A stretch of 64,000 nucleotides of DNA, taken from positions 32,001 through 96,000 of the IMG/VR virus record IMGVR_UViG_3300010346_000241; one strand, written 5' to 3'. This document shows positions 31,101-40,693 of this stretch, piece by piece (within the stretch, counting starts at the first letter, position 1; each line of letters begins with the position of its first letter). The stretch is from a virus. Its lineage: Duplodnaviria > Caudoviricetes. Both the position numbers and the translations under genes were made by a program. The notes beneath the pieces were generated by a model. It saw nothing but the letters and a program-made list of their open reading frames with translations, was not told the origin of the DNA and did no database searches.

Positions 31101-34100
31101 AGATTGGTAAGGCTATATGGGATGCTTACTATCAGTATAAAAATACTGATGAACAGTTCAACGCAGAGAAATCTAAGCGCGATGCTAGCTTCAGAAAAGC
31201 TAAGGCAGACTATGCTAAGGCTAGAGGCTATGCTAACGAAAACATGCTTACCGATTATGAGATTGAAACTATCAAGTCTCAGGTAGGTTATACAGACGAT
31301 GAAGCTCTTCTGAGTAGAATTCGTCACGATAGATCTAAGGTTACTAGCGGATTGGCATCAGCTAGTGGTCTCAGAGGAGACGTTAGTGAAAGATTATCTG
31401 CTATAAGAGAACAAAATCCAGGCATGAGTAATGATGAAATCAGACTTCAAGCTCTGGAGAGTCTCGAAAGAGATCATGATCTCAGAAATGCTTCTGCAGG
31501 TGGAAATGCTAACGCTAGAAACTTCGGCGGATTTAAGCATCAAAACAACTTCCTTGCTCGTAGAGGTATAGGAGTTGCTAAACTTGGTGCTAGAGCTGTC
31601 GGTGTCGTAGGCGCTGTCGGTTCTCATGTACCTCTTGTAGGAGGTCTGTTCAATAAAATCGGTACTGGTGCTAACGCATTGGCTGGATGGCTTGGTGAAA
31701 ACCAGAAGTATTCAGCTAGTCGTAAGGCTAAACAGGGTAATATCGATAAGAGAGGTAACATACTCACTGTTACTGATGATGCATATGTAACTAAGCGTCG
31801 TGGGACTCTTGGAAAGATTGTAACAGAGATGTACGAGAAGTTCAAGAATAGCTACAAGCCTGGACATAAGGGAGTAAAGTATAAGGGTACTGTTTATCCA
31901 TTCACTGTAGATGGCTTTAAGGAGTACGTGAAAGCTGCATTCCCCGAGTTTGAGAAGGAAGGAAGTTTCTCTAAGGAACTTTCTCTCATGCAGAAGAAGA
32001 GAAAGAAGGATTATGCTGACCTGATCGACAGAATCCTTAATCTCAAGATCAATCAGAAGCTTCTTGGTGAGGCTGAGAAGTACTTCGATACTAATAAACC
32101 TGTAGAGGGAGACGGTGAGGTTCACACCAATGCGTTCCTCTCAGATGGATTCCATCCTATTAGAGCTGTCAAGAACTTCTTCTCAGGCAACAGGAACTCA
32201 GAGAAGGGTTCAAAGGATGCTCAGGACAATGAAAAGAACAGCGTATTCTCTAAGATGCTTACAGAACTTAAGGGTATCAAGGATAACACCAAGGAGAGCC
32301 TTAAGGATAAGATAGGCAATATCAAGGAGAAAGGTGGTTCTCTGATTCAGAAGATCATCAAGGGTGCCGTTAAGGTTGCTATCTTCGCTCCTCTGTTCGC
32401 TGGAATCTATAAGCAGTTCGTAAAGCCTTGGGTTAAGGAACACCTTATGCCTTTCTTTAAGGATAAGCTTGGTCCTCTCTTCCTGGGCAAGAAGAACACA
32501 TATCAAGATGAAGATGGAAACACCGTAGAGAAGTGGGAAGGTGGTATGTTCAGCGGTCTAGCTAACATGATATCTCCAGCACTTGCTAAGGTGAAGAACT
32601 TCTTCAAGGGAGCTAAAGACTGGATCTTTAATAAGGGTGAATACTCCTCTCCAGATAAAGGAAGTTCAGGACTCCTTCATTCACTCGTAGATCTCTGGAA
32701 AATTGGTGCGGATTCTATCATGACCAAACTTCCTAAGGTACTGGAAGGAGTTAAGAATGGTGTTGGTAGCGTAGTAACTAAGGGATTTGAAATCGTAACC
32801 ACTAATGCTATCCCTGCTCTCTTCAAGGGTGTAGGATATGCTGTTAAGGGTGTAATCAATGCCATCAAGAAGCCTAATAGTACGGAAGTTGGACAGGGTG
32901 ATCCTTCTAGCTTAGTCGACGTGGCTAACAATATTGATGCATATAACCAGCTCAATGCTGCTGATCAGGCTATAGTATCTGGTGCTAAGTCGGTTCATAC
33001 TGTGACTAACCCATTCACTGGTGCTAAGAATATCTTCGCGGTATCCAATGAAGGCGAAATCAATCAAGTAGGTTCTGGTTCAGGTTATCAGATTGGTTCT
33101 GATATGGCTAAACTTAATAGTTCTCTCGGTGTTCTTAACGGTGGAAACAAAGTTACTGCTGTAGGAACTTCTGAAACAATTAATGCTACTAGCACAAGAA
33201 CAGATATAGCTGGCGATGCTGTATATTATGCTGATGACGATACCGAGCACAAGAATCCTCTCAGAATGGATGCTAATGGCAACTACTACAAGGCTAAAGA
33301 CCTTATAGAAGCTCAGAATTCAGACTATAGAACCAATAATGTATGGAACAGCATGCATGCTGAAGAGAATCTCATCAATGCTGAAGAAGCAGATGCGTCA
33401 AACGTAGCTCAAGCTAGTCTTGGTAATAGACTTGTTACAGGATATGGCAAGAGAGCACTTATAGGTAATAAGAGCTATAAGGGTCTCTATACACTTAGCT
33501 CTAGACTGTTCGGTAAAGGAACTCAGAAAGCTGCTATCGGAGTTAAGAAAACTCTTGGTAGGATACCTGGAGTTGGCGGTAAAGTCTTCAAGGGTGTTGG
33601 CACTGTAGCTGAAAAGGAAGGTAAGGCAATCGAGAAACTCACCGATAAGGCATCAAACAGAGGTGCTAAGATGGGTTGGAAGAACAAGCTCATCAATAAG
33701 CTTGCCGACAAGATCGAAGATAAGGGTCTCGATAAAATTCTTAGTACAAACGTTAAGGACCTCTTCAAGAAGAATGCTAAGGAAGCAGCAGAAGAAGGTA
33801 TTGAACAGGGTGCTAAGGGTGCAATTACCAAGATGGAGAAAGAAGTAGCTGAGAAGGCTGCTAAGGAAGTAGCTGGTGAGGCTGTAGAGAAAGTTGCTAA
33901 GGAAGGCGGAGAGAAGGCACTTAAAGAGATGGCTGAAGAAGCTGCCGAGAAGGGAGCTAAGAAAGCTATTACGGAGGGTGCTGAGAAGGCTGCTAAGAGC
34001 GGTATACTTTCTAAGCTTACTGGTTTCATCAAGAATGCATTCAAGAAACTCTTCGGAGACGGTTCAGTACTGAAAGAGTTCATCGAAGGTATAGCATCTA

Positions 34101-37100
34101 AGTTCGGTAAGAAAATCACATCTAAGGGTGTCGAGGAAGGTATCGAAGAAGGTGCTGAGAAGGCTGCTAAGGAAGTAGTAGAGCAGTGTGCTAAGAAGAG
34201 TGTTACTATAGCTGGAAAGATTATAGGAGCTGTCATAGAAGTAGCTGTTATGCTTATAGATTACTCTAAGGGTAAGACTCAAGCTGCAGACATTCTCCAA
34301 GTTACTCCAGATGAAATAGACAGTGTAGATAGACAGCTTGCTGGTCTTGCTAAGGTGCTTAGTGGACTTGTAATCGTTCTCACACCTACTCAGTGTGTAG
34401 GAGCAGTTATTCACTTATTCGAAGCTATAGCTAAGTGCGGTCTTGAAGATGAATACATTCAGAGACAGCAAGATGCTAAGGAATTCATAGCTGCTTACAA
34501 CAAGGAGCATGGTACAAACATGTCTCTTGAAGAGTATAACTACTCTAGAGAGAAGAACAAGCTCGACCGTGTATTATGGAACTATGCTGACAAGGCTGGT
34601 AACGGACTCGTTGGTGCTGTTACTAATATACCTGGAAGGATCAAGACTCAGATCAAGAACCTTAAAGAAGGTGGCATCAAGAAGGCATGGGCACAAACAG
34701 TTGATTGGGCTGGAAAAGATACTAAAGCTATCGGTAACTGGTTCAAGGATGCTGGTAAGGATATCTGGAATACCGATGCAGTTAAAGGCGTTCGTAAGGG
34801 AGCTAGAGCTGCAGGAGACTGGATTGTAGAGAAAGGCGCTGGTGCTGGTAAGGCTGTAAAGGGTGCTGTTAGCAAGGGTTGGAATACCGTAAAGGGTTGG
34901 TTCAATGCTCGTGCTGATCAGAACATGTATCCAATTCCATCTGCTTTACTTAACGGACTTGGCCTGGATCCATCTGGTGTTACTGGCACTATTCAGGACT
35001 CTATCAAGAACGGTTTATCTAATGCATTCGGAAAGGTATCTGATATCGGCAAGACATTCAAGAGCCTTATCTCTAAGAACTCTTCTGTTGATAAGAAGAT
35101 AAATGATGGTACACTGACACCTTTCGATTCTAAGTTCTGGGAAGTAAGAGGAGACTCTAAGGGCGGTATAGCTGACTCTATGTTCTCTCTGAAGGAGCTC
35201 ATGGAAAGAGTAGTTAAGGCACCATTCGCAATCGTATCAAACACAATGAAGAATGTTACTGGAGCTATGAGTAGCGACAAGGGTGATATTAAGACAACTA
35301 AGGTGTCTAATGGTACAAACTCCAAGTCAGACACTTCATTCACATCAAAGCTCACTTCGTCTATCAAGACTGGTATAAGTAAGATAAAGAGCATCTTCGG
35401 TATGGGTAGTGATGACAGTTATGGTAATGGTACATATGATCCAGATCATATTTATCAGAGAGACTATAACGGTTCTTACTCTACTAAGGGAGACTCTACA
35501 AGACAAACACTTGCTGATTCTGGTTGTGGTCCTGCAGCTGCTGCTACAGTAGCTAGAAAGTTTGGTATCAGAGATGCCAATATAACAGAGGCTGGAAAGT
35601 ATGCTATGGCCAACAACTACAAGGAAGTCAACGGTGGTACATACCCTGCATTCTTTACAGACTATCTGGCTAAGAAGGGTATACCTGCTAACGTTACATC
35701 TAGCAACAAGAATGTTCTGAAGTCACTGCTTAATGGTAATCCTGTCGTACTGATGGGTAACGATTATAGCAATAGCGGAAACACTCCTTACGGTAGCCAG
35801 GCTCACTATGTAGTAGCTACAGGTATTGATAAAAACGGTAAAGTTATTGTTGAAGACTCTGAGTCAAGAACAAGTGGCGACCGTTACGACCTTGCTTCTA
35901 CACTGGCTAACAGTTCTGTCAAGATTACTACGGGTATGGGTAAAGAGACTCTTCTCTCGATGTTCATCTCCAATACAGCTAATGCTATACTTGTACCTTA
36001 CGGTAAGATTCTCAAGAACGTACTCAATACTTCTAGCACTAAGAAGGGCAGCACATCTGGTTCTGTTGGAGGAAATCCTGGTGATGCTTCTAAGATGAAG
36101 GGTAAGACACTTACTCTGTCAGATGATGCTGGCAATACACATACAATCTCCATTACCGATGACGAGGTTGAGCTCTACGCTATGCTCACTGGTGAATGCG
36201 GACTTAGTCCTGCTGCAGCTTGTGGTGCTATAGGTAACTGGGAGCAAGAGTGTGGTATCAACTCTATCAGAAGCGTTGCTACTAAGGGCGTAATATACTA
36301 TGGTGGCGGTATCATGCAATGGACTCCTGGTTCTAAACACGAGAACTGGGCTAGAGATAATGGCTTCGCTGGCGACGTATGGAGTTGGGAAGCAAACCTT
36401 GAACATGCTAAACACGAGATCATGAACGGCGGTAACTGGGCTAATCCTGCTAACGCTAGTCCTTCATTTGCATCTCAGGGACTTACACCAGTGGGTTCCT
36501 TCGAGGAATTCAAGAAGCTCTCAGATCCTGAATCTGCAGCTGCTAACTTCGAAAGAGTATTCGAAGTTTCAGGTGACTGGAATGGTAGAAACTCTGAGGG
36601 AGTTCACTATTCTGAGAATATGATCTACGATCGTCTCAGAAGACTGAATGCTAAGATACTGTATGAGCTTATCGTCAATGGTAAGAGCGATACAGACAGC
36701 ACAGGTAAGGGTAGAGCTAACAGAATACTCAGCAGATTCGGTAAGGGAACAGATGGTTATGACTACATGGCTTATTATGATGACGCTAAGGCAGCTTATG
36801 ATAAGCGCATGAAGGAAATGAACGATCTTAAGAACCATAGGGGTACATTTAAGAACTTAAGTGGACCTGGTTACGATGCTGCTTGGGAGAGAGTCAACGA
36901 CGATCTCCAAAGATCAAAGATACAGTTCGATATGGCTGAAACATTCAGAAACCTCAAGAAGGTTGGTAAGAGTGATGCTGAAGCTTTTGAGACTGTATAC
37001 AAGAGCCGTACAAATATGGGTAACAGATTCCCAGATAAATACGGTACAGTTATCCAGGATTCTAGATCACATAAGGAAATCAGTGAGAATGCTAAGGCTG

Positions 37101-38443
37101 ATGAAGCTGCTAAGTCTGGTGCTACTACATCGACAGCATCTGCATCGTCTGGCAAGCAGTCACTCTTTAGTATTATTTCTAATGATATCATTACTGCATC
37201 AAAGAAACTCTTCGGACCTCTGTATGATGCTCTCTTCGGAGACACAGCAGAAGAAGAAGGAGCAAGTTCTAGCAGTGGTGTACCAGGCGACGTTAATACT
37301 AACTTCAATGGACAGATCGTTGCTCCATTCAGAGGTAAGTTTAAGTGCTCATGTAGATATGGTTGGTATAACGATGGCGTTCATCCTAATGGACATAATG
37401 GTACTGACCTGCTTTCATGCGGTTCTTCAGACGAAGACTGGACAGTATACTCTCTTTGTGATGGTGTCGTTACACACGTTACAACTGGATATACTCCTAA
37501 CACTGGTTGTCTTGGTTCTAGCGATGGCGGAGGATTTGGTAACTATGTAGAAGTTACTGGTACTGACGGATATATCTATCAATTCGGTCATCTTAATGCA
37601 GTTCATCAAGACATCAAGGAGAATACTCAAGTTTATATCGGTTCACCAATCGGTATAGGTGGTCATACTGGTTCATCTACAGGTAGACATCTCCACTTCG
37701 GTATCAAGAAGTCTGATGGTACATTCATCAACCCTGAAGTTTATATCATGGGCTTCCCGAATGATGATATCGTAGAATATCAGGAATACGAATCACACCT
37801 CTTCACTGGTCAGGGTAGAAAGGCTCCTAAGATTAGCATGTCTGAATTCAAGTTCGGTACAGCTAGAAGTCCTAGAACGGTTAGCCAATCTAGACAGGCT
37901 GAGCTTGCTATGAGAATGAAGTCTGCTAATAAGAAGATCTATAATACTCTTGGTGCAGAGAATCAGAGCTATAGACGTAAACTTCTGAAGACAAGAGCTG
38001 AGGATAACAGAAATCCACAGCTGATTCAGACAGGTATCTATGCAGATGCAGTACACAATGCCGCTAGACGTAGTGTTATTCCTCAGACTAACATCAAGAT
38101 CAACGGTAGTGATGCTGTAGCTATACCAGCTAACTCTGGTATGGGAATGGGTAGAGGTTCTGAATCTACAATCAATTTGGAACTTACATCAGTAGTAGAA
38201 ATCCTCAAGACTATAGCAGATAACAGTGCTAGAAATGAACAGATAGTTCAGCTCCTTGCTGCTATCGTAGCTAACACTGCTGCTAAGAATGGAGACACAA
38301 CAACTGCTGATCTTCTTAAGCTTATCACTACAGCAGGTGGAAGACCAAGTACATCAGCTCCTATCACAGCACTCAACTCTATACTCAACAACTCCACAAG
38401 TAAAGACATATCATCTGCAGTGTATCAGATAGCTAAGAATTAA
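25196..38443 (+). CDS. giant tape-measure-like tail protein with C39-like peptidase, phage tail lysozyme and M23 peptidase domains
   Basis: 4415 aa, largely helical, with glycine-zipper/TM stretches. C39-like YQ...DSGCGPAAAA...HYVV...VED (about 35440-35930). Phage_lysozyme2-like AAACGAIGNWEQE...GIMQWT (about 36170-36680). M23 HNGTD...GHL...STGRHLHF (about 37310-37750). Confidence 0.85.
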   Translation: MLNKVAQYAKNVGKSVIYSAADVAGEMFTNPKSFIEENNESLKGVYNSVRDYRTTFKRVKDRIQKSDVYVAASVGVNSLIEDIKTGDWYAKDRETRLTEKFGGLGIGDDWDMDGAEFDWDKEGMDVSDGDKIIATAIKKNTKLNTMMTTDAIVTVGKAQIDASRENTTLLFMQNEKLMGSVNNGFERITRLLSDSANTNIKNQQKTWEKTAKFYEKIEKNTNTIVAQLDELLKMQRNLYEDQRQSQKKGNKTTATSVVNANGMLNLRDYKNAIRKNLSDTITEATGLSMDSFKLGDGNTLALMFANPMRDLTQGFLKKNINKTFKASANNLNEVLGGLAYTLFGQLNNMKLNGTGMNKLMGSIFGMKMDREGNFDTSKYTKGPVPFDGITKKAITEVMPHHLAKIASALTGEDEEIFDYNSGKWTTKRAKYNEILKNEKNKAMSAMGDFFSYMKQGVGGDFNKIMKSKQDADKFIKGLTAFANAFYENPDFNMLRNPREYGIDEDVAKFIQKSFQETKYNYRYTKKRDWRYGNGTAVKDREQQRIAGLDWSKGNPILTSRDDVTVVLANTIKSVFESRKRNADKRKDIGNNPLSLELLFASEGIDINKNSGEWLERFKNKHGDYDQKSIMNSPTAKAIAMTADQYGYTIFDYLKNIKLDLAGIRSNGLFSIALGGGDLNDANTSNSSEMSFEVKEKYDWKRLQHEGDKRKRHDEEAFKRRYEEEQAKWEQNERYRKSGDKRYNKRLRRPNRVDLDADNVRGQFGSILNDITEEFKRDEVERQKQEKANQKDMFDVLEEWGLISSDEKKNAQAVKYDKEKDLKEQMKAAQGGKAKLLLARAYMKSIADKPWQYATDAMVSTEALIHDIFFKHAFKMKNNDGETVEEKGLFGMLQESFKGGFDSLTNMIGTKLENFFTKEDGWWQKNVVKKIFAPDSFFGQLKEAIIGKPDGEGFRTGGVTGSLFEALKRNAQGLAETAKRDARSLTGKKDEEESSDTSSNSSESNSNNPADWQGVRTFLISAFSYNMSLDMKYNYADEYIAWAQKKRYNPTAAKNPNNVIRYFTKIRKPAFDQTMFNSNNNSLFNAAKLGEERRVADILSSRAEFNQTHGKSRADKKNYKFYTECENAISGLGHPEMKDEFIKFLKQNNITRESIAKEIGAVDFKNTTQITEYAKLFVAKLTETHKEKYAMEQKRLYRINNVISGNRRSTRELKAEYTSNQIKANEEAAKAAKREAAENRVHESIEKVIGPSLQKIVEPIKKIADSLTRPIGSNTPDENSLNPIRLNSNGRYNAGYNERFGSGLPGSAYGGVAKSNMTSILSPGEIVMGRGGSGVVPKMGVYGLSKGDVVINPASPSKASRQYAAERKYRNKLMANATVSEGTATDEKSIRQSILDFFNNGEKVDVATDYLAKAGIGGIAGALLGMPLLGAGLGIATGLSKRSNGFANAIFGDLGENGERADNGLISTELQKAFPSMRKGALLGGALSLVTPLGPLAGILLGGAAGIAEHEGMFDGLIFGEDSLLGDKEKFKQKLPKIGLGALAGAVFSPIGLLPGALLGSAAGMVASTDKFKEFIFGKEVDGKKQGGVVGTIKKAINPLKNFGQDLIESTMSAVFGEKVQDENGKEKREGGLMGEVKDWVIKPFKEGAESIAQSFKNVAQDIKDTFAEKIGQHFENVFGENLAARITDFLRNPLKKMIGGAVKVGGTIALSPFMAGAHMIKSVGNRLERGRIRRGTAFNKSAEERLQYRDQHKFGFGFDAVMRGRGFKNAESLEFDTNIADVARDRTSTQIGDIEAQLAALTTGDPYRDRYNQAKNDFSNSLLEYMNTADAGRVTKMLRYPAPDFKAAQRFIKSKAKGRDGRTLLDKADQEIILKALDQFKKDTQRIMQQQQVFKNTSKEQMLENLKKAGISEKFLKNKKGLEKLKKNFHTEYKSKYHQEAEDGIATPQGKIENNVAVISDQIADLPEKIGKAIWDAYYQYKNTDEQFNAEKSKRDASFRKAKADYAKARGYANENMLTDYEIETIKSQVGYTDDEALLSRIRHDRSKVTSGLASASGLRGDVSERLSAIREQNPGMSNDEIRLQALESLERDHDLRNASAGGNANARNFGGFKHQNNFLARRGIGVAKLGARAVGVVGAVGSHVPLVGGLFNKIGTGANALAGWLGENQKYSASRKAKQGNIDKRGNILTVTDDAYVTKRRGTLGKIVTEMYEKFKNSYKPGHKGVKYKGTVYPFTVDGFKEYVKAAFPEFEKEGSFSKELSLMQKKRKKDYADLIDRILNLKINQKLLGEAEKYFDTNKPVEGDGEVHTNAFLSDGFHPIRAVKNFFSGNRNSEKGSKDAQDNEKNSVFSKMLTELKGIKDNTKESLKDKIGNIKEKGGSLIQKIIKGAVKVAIFAPLFAGIYKQFVKPWVKEHLMPFFKDKLGPLFLGKKNTYQDEDGNTVEKWEGGMFSGLANMISPALAKVKNFFKGAKDWIFNKGEYSSPDKGSSGLLHSLVDLWKIGADSIMTKLPKVLEGVKNGVGSVVTKGFEIVTTNAIPALFKGVGYAVKGVINAIKKPNSTEVGQGDPSSLVDVANNIDAYNQLNAADQAIVSGAKSVHTVTNPFTGAKNIFAVSNEGEINQVGSGSGYQIGSDMAKLNSSLGVLNGGNKVTAVGTSETINATSTRTDIAGDAVYYADDDTEHKNPLRMDANGNYYKAKDLIEAQNSDYRTNNVWNSMHAEENLINAEEADASNVAQASLGNRLVTGYGKRALIGNKSYKGLYTLSSRLFGKGTQKAAIGVKKTLGRIPGVGGKVFKGVGTVAEKEGKAIEKLTDKASNRGAKMGWKNKLINKLADKIEDKGLDKILSTNVKDLFKKNAKEAAEEGIEQGAKGAITKMEKEVAEKAAKEVAGEAVEKVAKEGGEKALKEMAEEAAEKGAKKAITEGAEKAAKSGILSKLTGFIKNAFKKLFGDGSVLKEFIEGIASKFGKKITSKGVEEGIEEGAEKAAKEVVEQCAKKSVTIAGKIIGAVIEVAVMLIDYSKGKTQAADILQVTPDEIDSVDRQLAGLAKVLSGLVIVLTPTQCVGAVIHLFEAIAKCGLEDEYIQRQQDAKEFIAAYNKEHGTNMSLEEYNYSREKNKLDRVLWNYADKAGNGLVGAVTNIPGRIKTQIKNLKEGGIKKAWAQTVDWAGKDTKAIGNWFKDAGKDIWNTDAVKGVRKGARAAGDWIVEKGAGAGKAVKGAVSKGWNTVKGWFNARADQNMYPIPSALLNGLGLDPSGVTGTIQDSIKNGLSNAFGKVSDIGKTFKSLISKNSSVDKKINDGTLTPFDSKFWEVRGDSKGGIADSMFSLKELMERVVKAPFAIVSNTMKNVTGAMSSDKGDIKTTKVSNGTNSKSDTSFTSKLTSSIKTGISKIKSIFGMGSDDSYGNGTYDPDHIYQRDYNGSYSTKGDSTRQTLADSGCGPAAAATVARKFGIRDANITEAGKYAMANNYKEVNGGTYPAFFTDYLAKKGIPANVTSSNKNVLKSLLNGNPVVLMGNDYSNSGNTPYGSQAHYVVATGIDKNGKVIVEDSESRTSGDRYDLASTLANSSVKITTGMGKETLLSMFISNTANAILVPYGKILKNVLNTSSTKKGSTSGSVGGNPGDASKMKGKTLTLSDDAGNTHTISITDDEVELYAMLTGECGLSPAAACGAIGNWEQECGINSIRSVATKGVIYYGGGIMQWTPGSKHENWARDNGFAGDVWSWEANLEHAKHEIMNGGNWANPANASPSFASQGLTPVGSFEEFKKLSDPESAAANFERVFEVSGDWNGRNSEGVHYSENMIYDRLRRLNAKILYELIVNGKSDTDSTGKGRANRILSRFGKGTDGYDYMAYYDDAKAAYDKRMKEMNDLKNHRGTFKNLSGPGYDAAWERVNDDLQRSKIQFDMAETFRNLKKVGKSDAEAFETVYKSRTNMGNRFPDKYGTVIQDSRSHKEISENAKADEAAKSGATTSTASASSGKQSLFSIISNDIITASKKLFGPLYDALFGDTAEEEGASSSSGVPGDVNTNFNGQIVAPFRGKFKCSCRYGWYNDGVHPNGHNGTDLLSCGSSDEDWTVYSLCDGVVTHVTTGYTPNTGCLGSSDGGGFGNYVEVTGTDGYIYQFGHLNAVHQDIKENTQVYIGSPIGIGGHTGSSTGRHLHFGIKKSDGTFINPEVYIMGFPNDDIVEYQEYESHLFTGQGRKAPKISMSEFKFGTARSPRTVSQSRQAELAMRMKSANKKIYNTLGAENQSYRRKLLKTRAEDNRNPQLIQTGIYADAVHNAARRSVIPQTNIKINGSDAVAIPANSGMGMGRGSESTINLELTSVVEILKTIADNSARNEQIVQLLAAIVANTAAKNGDTTTADLLKLITTAGGRPSTSAPITALNSILNNSTSKDISSAVYQIAKN

Positions 38444-38453
38444 CGTGAGAAGA

Positions 38454-38486
38454 CCAGTAGAGGGAAACCTCTACTGGCTCTCTTTT
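38454..38486 (+). terminator. terminator after tape-measure gene
   Basis: CCAGTAGAGG-GAAA-CCTCTACTGG followed by CTCTCTTTT. Confidence 0.75.
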
Positions 38487-38494
38487 GCCTCTGG

Positions 38495-38506
38495 AACATT
38501 TCTATA
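38495..38506 (+). promoter_or_regulatory. late promoter motif AACA-N6-TA
   Basis: AACATTTCTATA. Confidence 0.7.
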
Positions 38507-38532
38507 ACAACGACTAAGAAGGAGGTAACGTT

Positions 38533-40620
38533 ATGGCTAATACATTCTATGTAGATCATAAAGACATGATATCCATGTTAACCAATGTCCACTTTGGCGC
38601 CTGGCTGGTTATAGATAGTCCTACTATAGCAGCATATGGAGATTTCTCTCATATACCAGATTCATTCATTGGTAATATCAGTGGTCCTATCAAGGTTATA
38701 ACGAATGATTATAAAGCTATAGATGGAAAGCACTACGTATTAGTATTGGTACCATCAGATACAGTAGGAAACAACTGGAAGAAAGCTCAGTATGTATGGA
38801 TCAATATAGGAACTGATGATAGTGGTATAGCTAAACTCTATACAGGAGGAAATAACAATAGCTACATCAAGAAGACTAGGATAACTTCATACACAAAGCA
38901 TGATGCTGGAAGAGATCTTGCTTCTACGCCTAAGTTCGTAGAGTGTGGTAGAGCTGATCTCAATAGAATCCAAAACATATCTGAATGGTCAGCTAATATA
39001 AGTGTTATGCAAGGAGACGCTAGTGCTGCTGGAGGAGAAGACGCTGTAGCTAGAATAGAGGCATATGCTGTAGATGAGTTTTGGATTACAGATCCTACTG
39101 CTACTGCCGCAGACTACAGTAAAGCTATAGATAGTATGAATGACCTTAAGAAACTTAGATTTGTCTTCGGTCTTCCTTATCAATTCCTTCCAACCGCAGA
39201 TATGAGAGTTCAGAATAGCAATCCTAACTCTGCTGGAGAAGATGAGATCTTTGGTGTAACCTTTGCAGAGAAGATAGCATCTAGAATGCCTCTCTTATAT
39301 CTAACTCCAGGTAACTCAAGATTCCTTGCTGACAATACATCATCAGAACGTCAGGGTGCTATCTCTAATATCATCGACCACATGTTTGGAGGTAATGATG
39401 GTAATCTGAATGACCTTCTTGACGGTTACTCTGGTAAGCTGTATTCTATACAGCCTGCTTACAATGAATACTTCCAGTATGTTAATCCTATGTGTAGAAT
39501 AGGTGCAGTTCTATTAGGACTCGATCACCTTGCTACAGGCCAAGATAAGAGAGCTATAGCAGATGATTTCGATACAGAAGCAGAGTATAACGAGTATAGA
39601 ATGCTTGATGGACGTGCTTGTTCCGACTATAACTGGGCTTGGGCTGATAATAGCGGAGAGGACGATTCATTCAAGGGAGACAATGAGACTAATTCTGCGT
39701 TCGAAAAGGTTGTAGAGTGGGCTGAAGATACTTTGTCTTGGATATACTATCGTCAAGTTATCCCATTTTATATCACATCTGAGGCTCAGTTCTCAGATAA
39801 CTTCTCGAATGAGACTACAGAATCTAGTCTTGCATCTAAGATCAATGGTTTCTCTGATGCAGCAAGAGAGATGCAGTTCCTTATGGGAAGTACATCATCT
39901 ATGATAGCAGAAGACTTTGATGCTTTGGGAGATGTATTCGCTAACTCTCGTAAGGCTATAGACGACTTCACCTCTAAGCTCGCTGGTAATGGTAATATCT
40001 TCTCTAGCTTACTTGGTTCACTGAAGACTGTAGCTACTGGCGGTAGACTTCAGTTCCCTAATATCTGGTCTAACTCTTCATACAACAAGAGCTATCAAGT
40101 AAGTATCAAGCTTACTACACCATACTATGACGTCAAGTCGTGGTGGTTAAATATCTATGTTCCGTTGTGTCATCTTATAGGTCTTGTTATGCCTAGAGGT
40201 GAGTACCACAATGGCTATTCAGCACCGTTCCTTGTAAAGGCTTTCTATAAGGGATCGTTCAATATAGATATGGGTATCATCACTGAAATGACAGTCAATA
40301 AGGGTAAAGAAGGTGGATGGACAAAGGATGGTCTTCCTACAGTAGTAGATGTATCGTTCACTATCCAAGATCTCTATTCTTCAATCTCTATGACTCCTAT
40401 TACACTTGCTAAGAGCAACACTTTGGAGAATATTCAGGAGCTTGACTATCTCTGCAGTCTCTGTGGTATCAATATCAATGAACCTGAGCTTACGAGAATC
40501 GTTAAGCTGTATGCTACACTCAATATCACCAGCAAGTGGGTAGACATTCCGTTCAATCTTACTGCCAATATAGGTCAGAAACTGTCTACGAAGATCTCTA
40601 ATATCTTCTCTGCGTTCTAA
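38533..40620 (+). CDS. putative baseplate/tail-tube initiator protein
   Basis: Follows the tape-measure gene. The C-terminal PNIWSNS...SIKL...APFLVK...MGIITEMTV...GLPTVVDVSFTIQDL pattern resembles T4 gp48/gp54 tube-initiator proteins. Confidence 0.55.
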   Translation: MANTFYVDHKDMISMLTNVHFGAWLVIDSPTIAAYGDFSHIPDSFIGNISGPIKVITNDYKAIDGKHYVLVLVPSDTVGNNWKKAQYVWINIGTDDSGIAKLYTGGNNNSYIKKTRITSYTKHDAGRDLASTPKFVECGRADLNRIQNISEWSANISVMQGDASAAGGEDAVARIEAYAVDEFWITDPTATAADYSKAIDSMNDLKKLRFVFGLPYQFLPTADMRVQNSNPNSAGEDEIFGVTFAEKIASRMPLLYLTPGNSRFLADNTSSERQGAISNIIDHMFGGNDGNLNDLLDGYSGKLYSIQPAYNEYFQYVNPMCRIGAVLLGLDHLATGQDKRAIADDFDTEAEYNEYRMLDGRACSDYNWAWADNSGEDDSFKGDNETNSAFEKVVEWAEDTLSWIYYRQVIPFYITSEAQFSDNFSNETTESSLASKINGFSDAAREMQFLMGSTSSMIAEDFDALGDVFANSRKAIDDFTSKLAGNGNIFSSLLGSLKTVATGGRLQFPNIWSNSSYNKSYQVSIKLTTPYYDVKSWWLNIYVPLCHLIGLVMPRGEYHNGYSAPFLVKAFYKGSFNIDMGIITEMTVNKGKEGGWTKDGLPTVVDVSFTIQDLYSSISMTPITLAKSNTLENIQELDYLCSLCGININEPELTRIVKLYATLNITSKWVDIPFNLTANIGQKLSTKISNIFSAF

Positions 40621-40640
40621 TTAGATCTAACTAGACCCAA

Positions 40641-40652
40641 AACAATAGAGTA
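40641..40652 (+). promoter_or_regulatory. late promoter motif AACA-N6-TA
   Basis: AACAATAGAGTA. Confidence 0.7.
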
Positions 40653-40693
40653 AGGTGGAACACACCTTACTCTATTATAAAGGCGGTGAACGT

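Noticed and set aside
25399-38056. Many antisense and alternative-frame ORFs inside long genes (for example 33523-34236; also 1147-1827 and 41886-42677)
   Set aside because: Shadow ORFs caused by codon bias; I found no convincing RBS or protein motifs.
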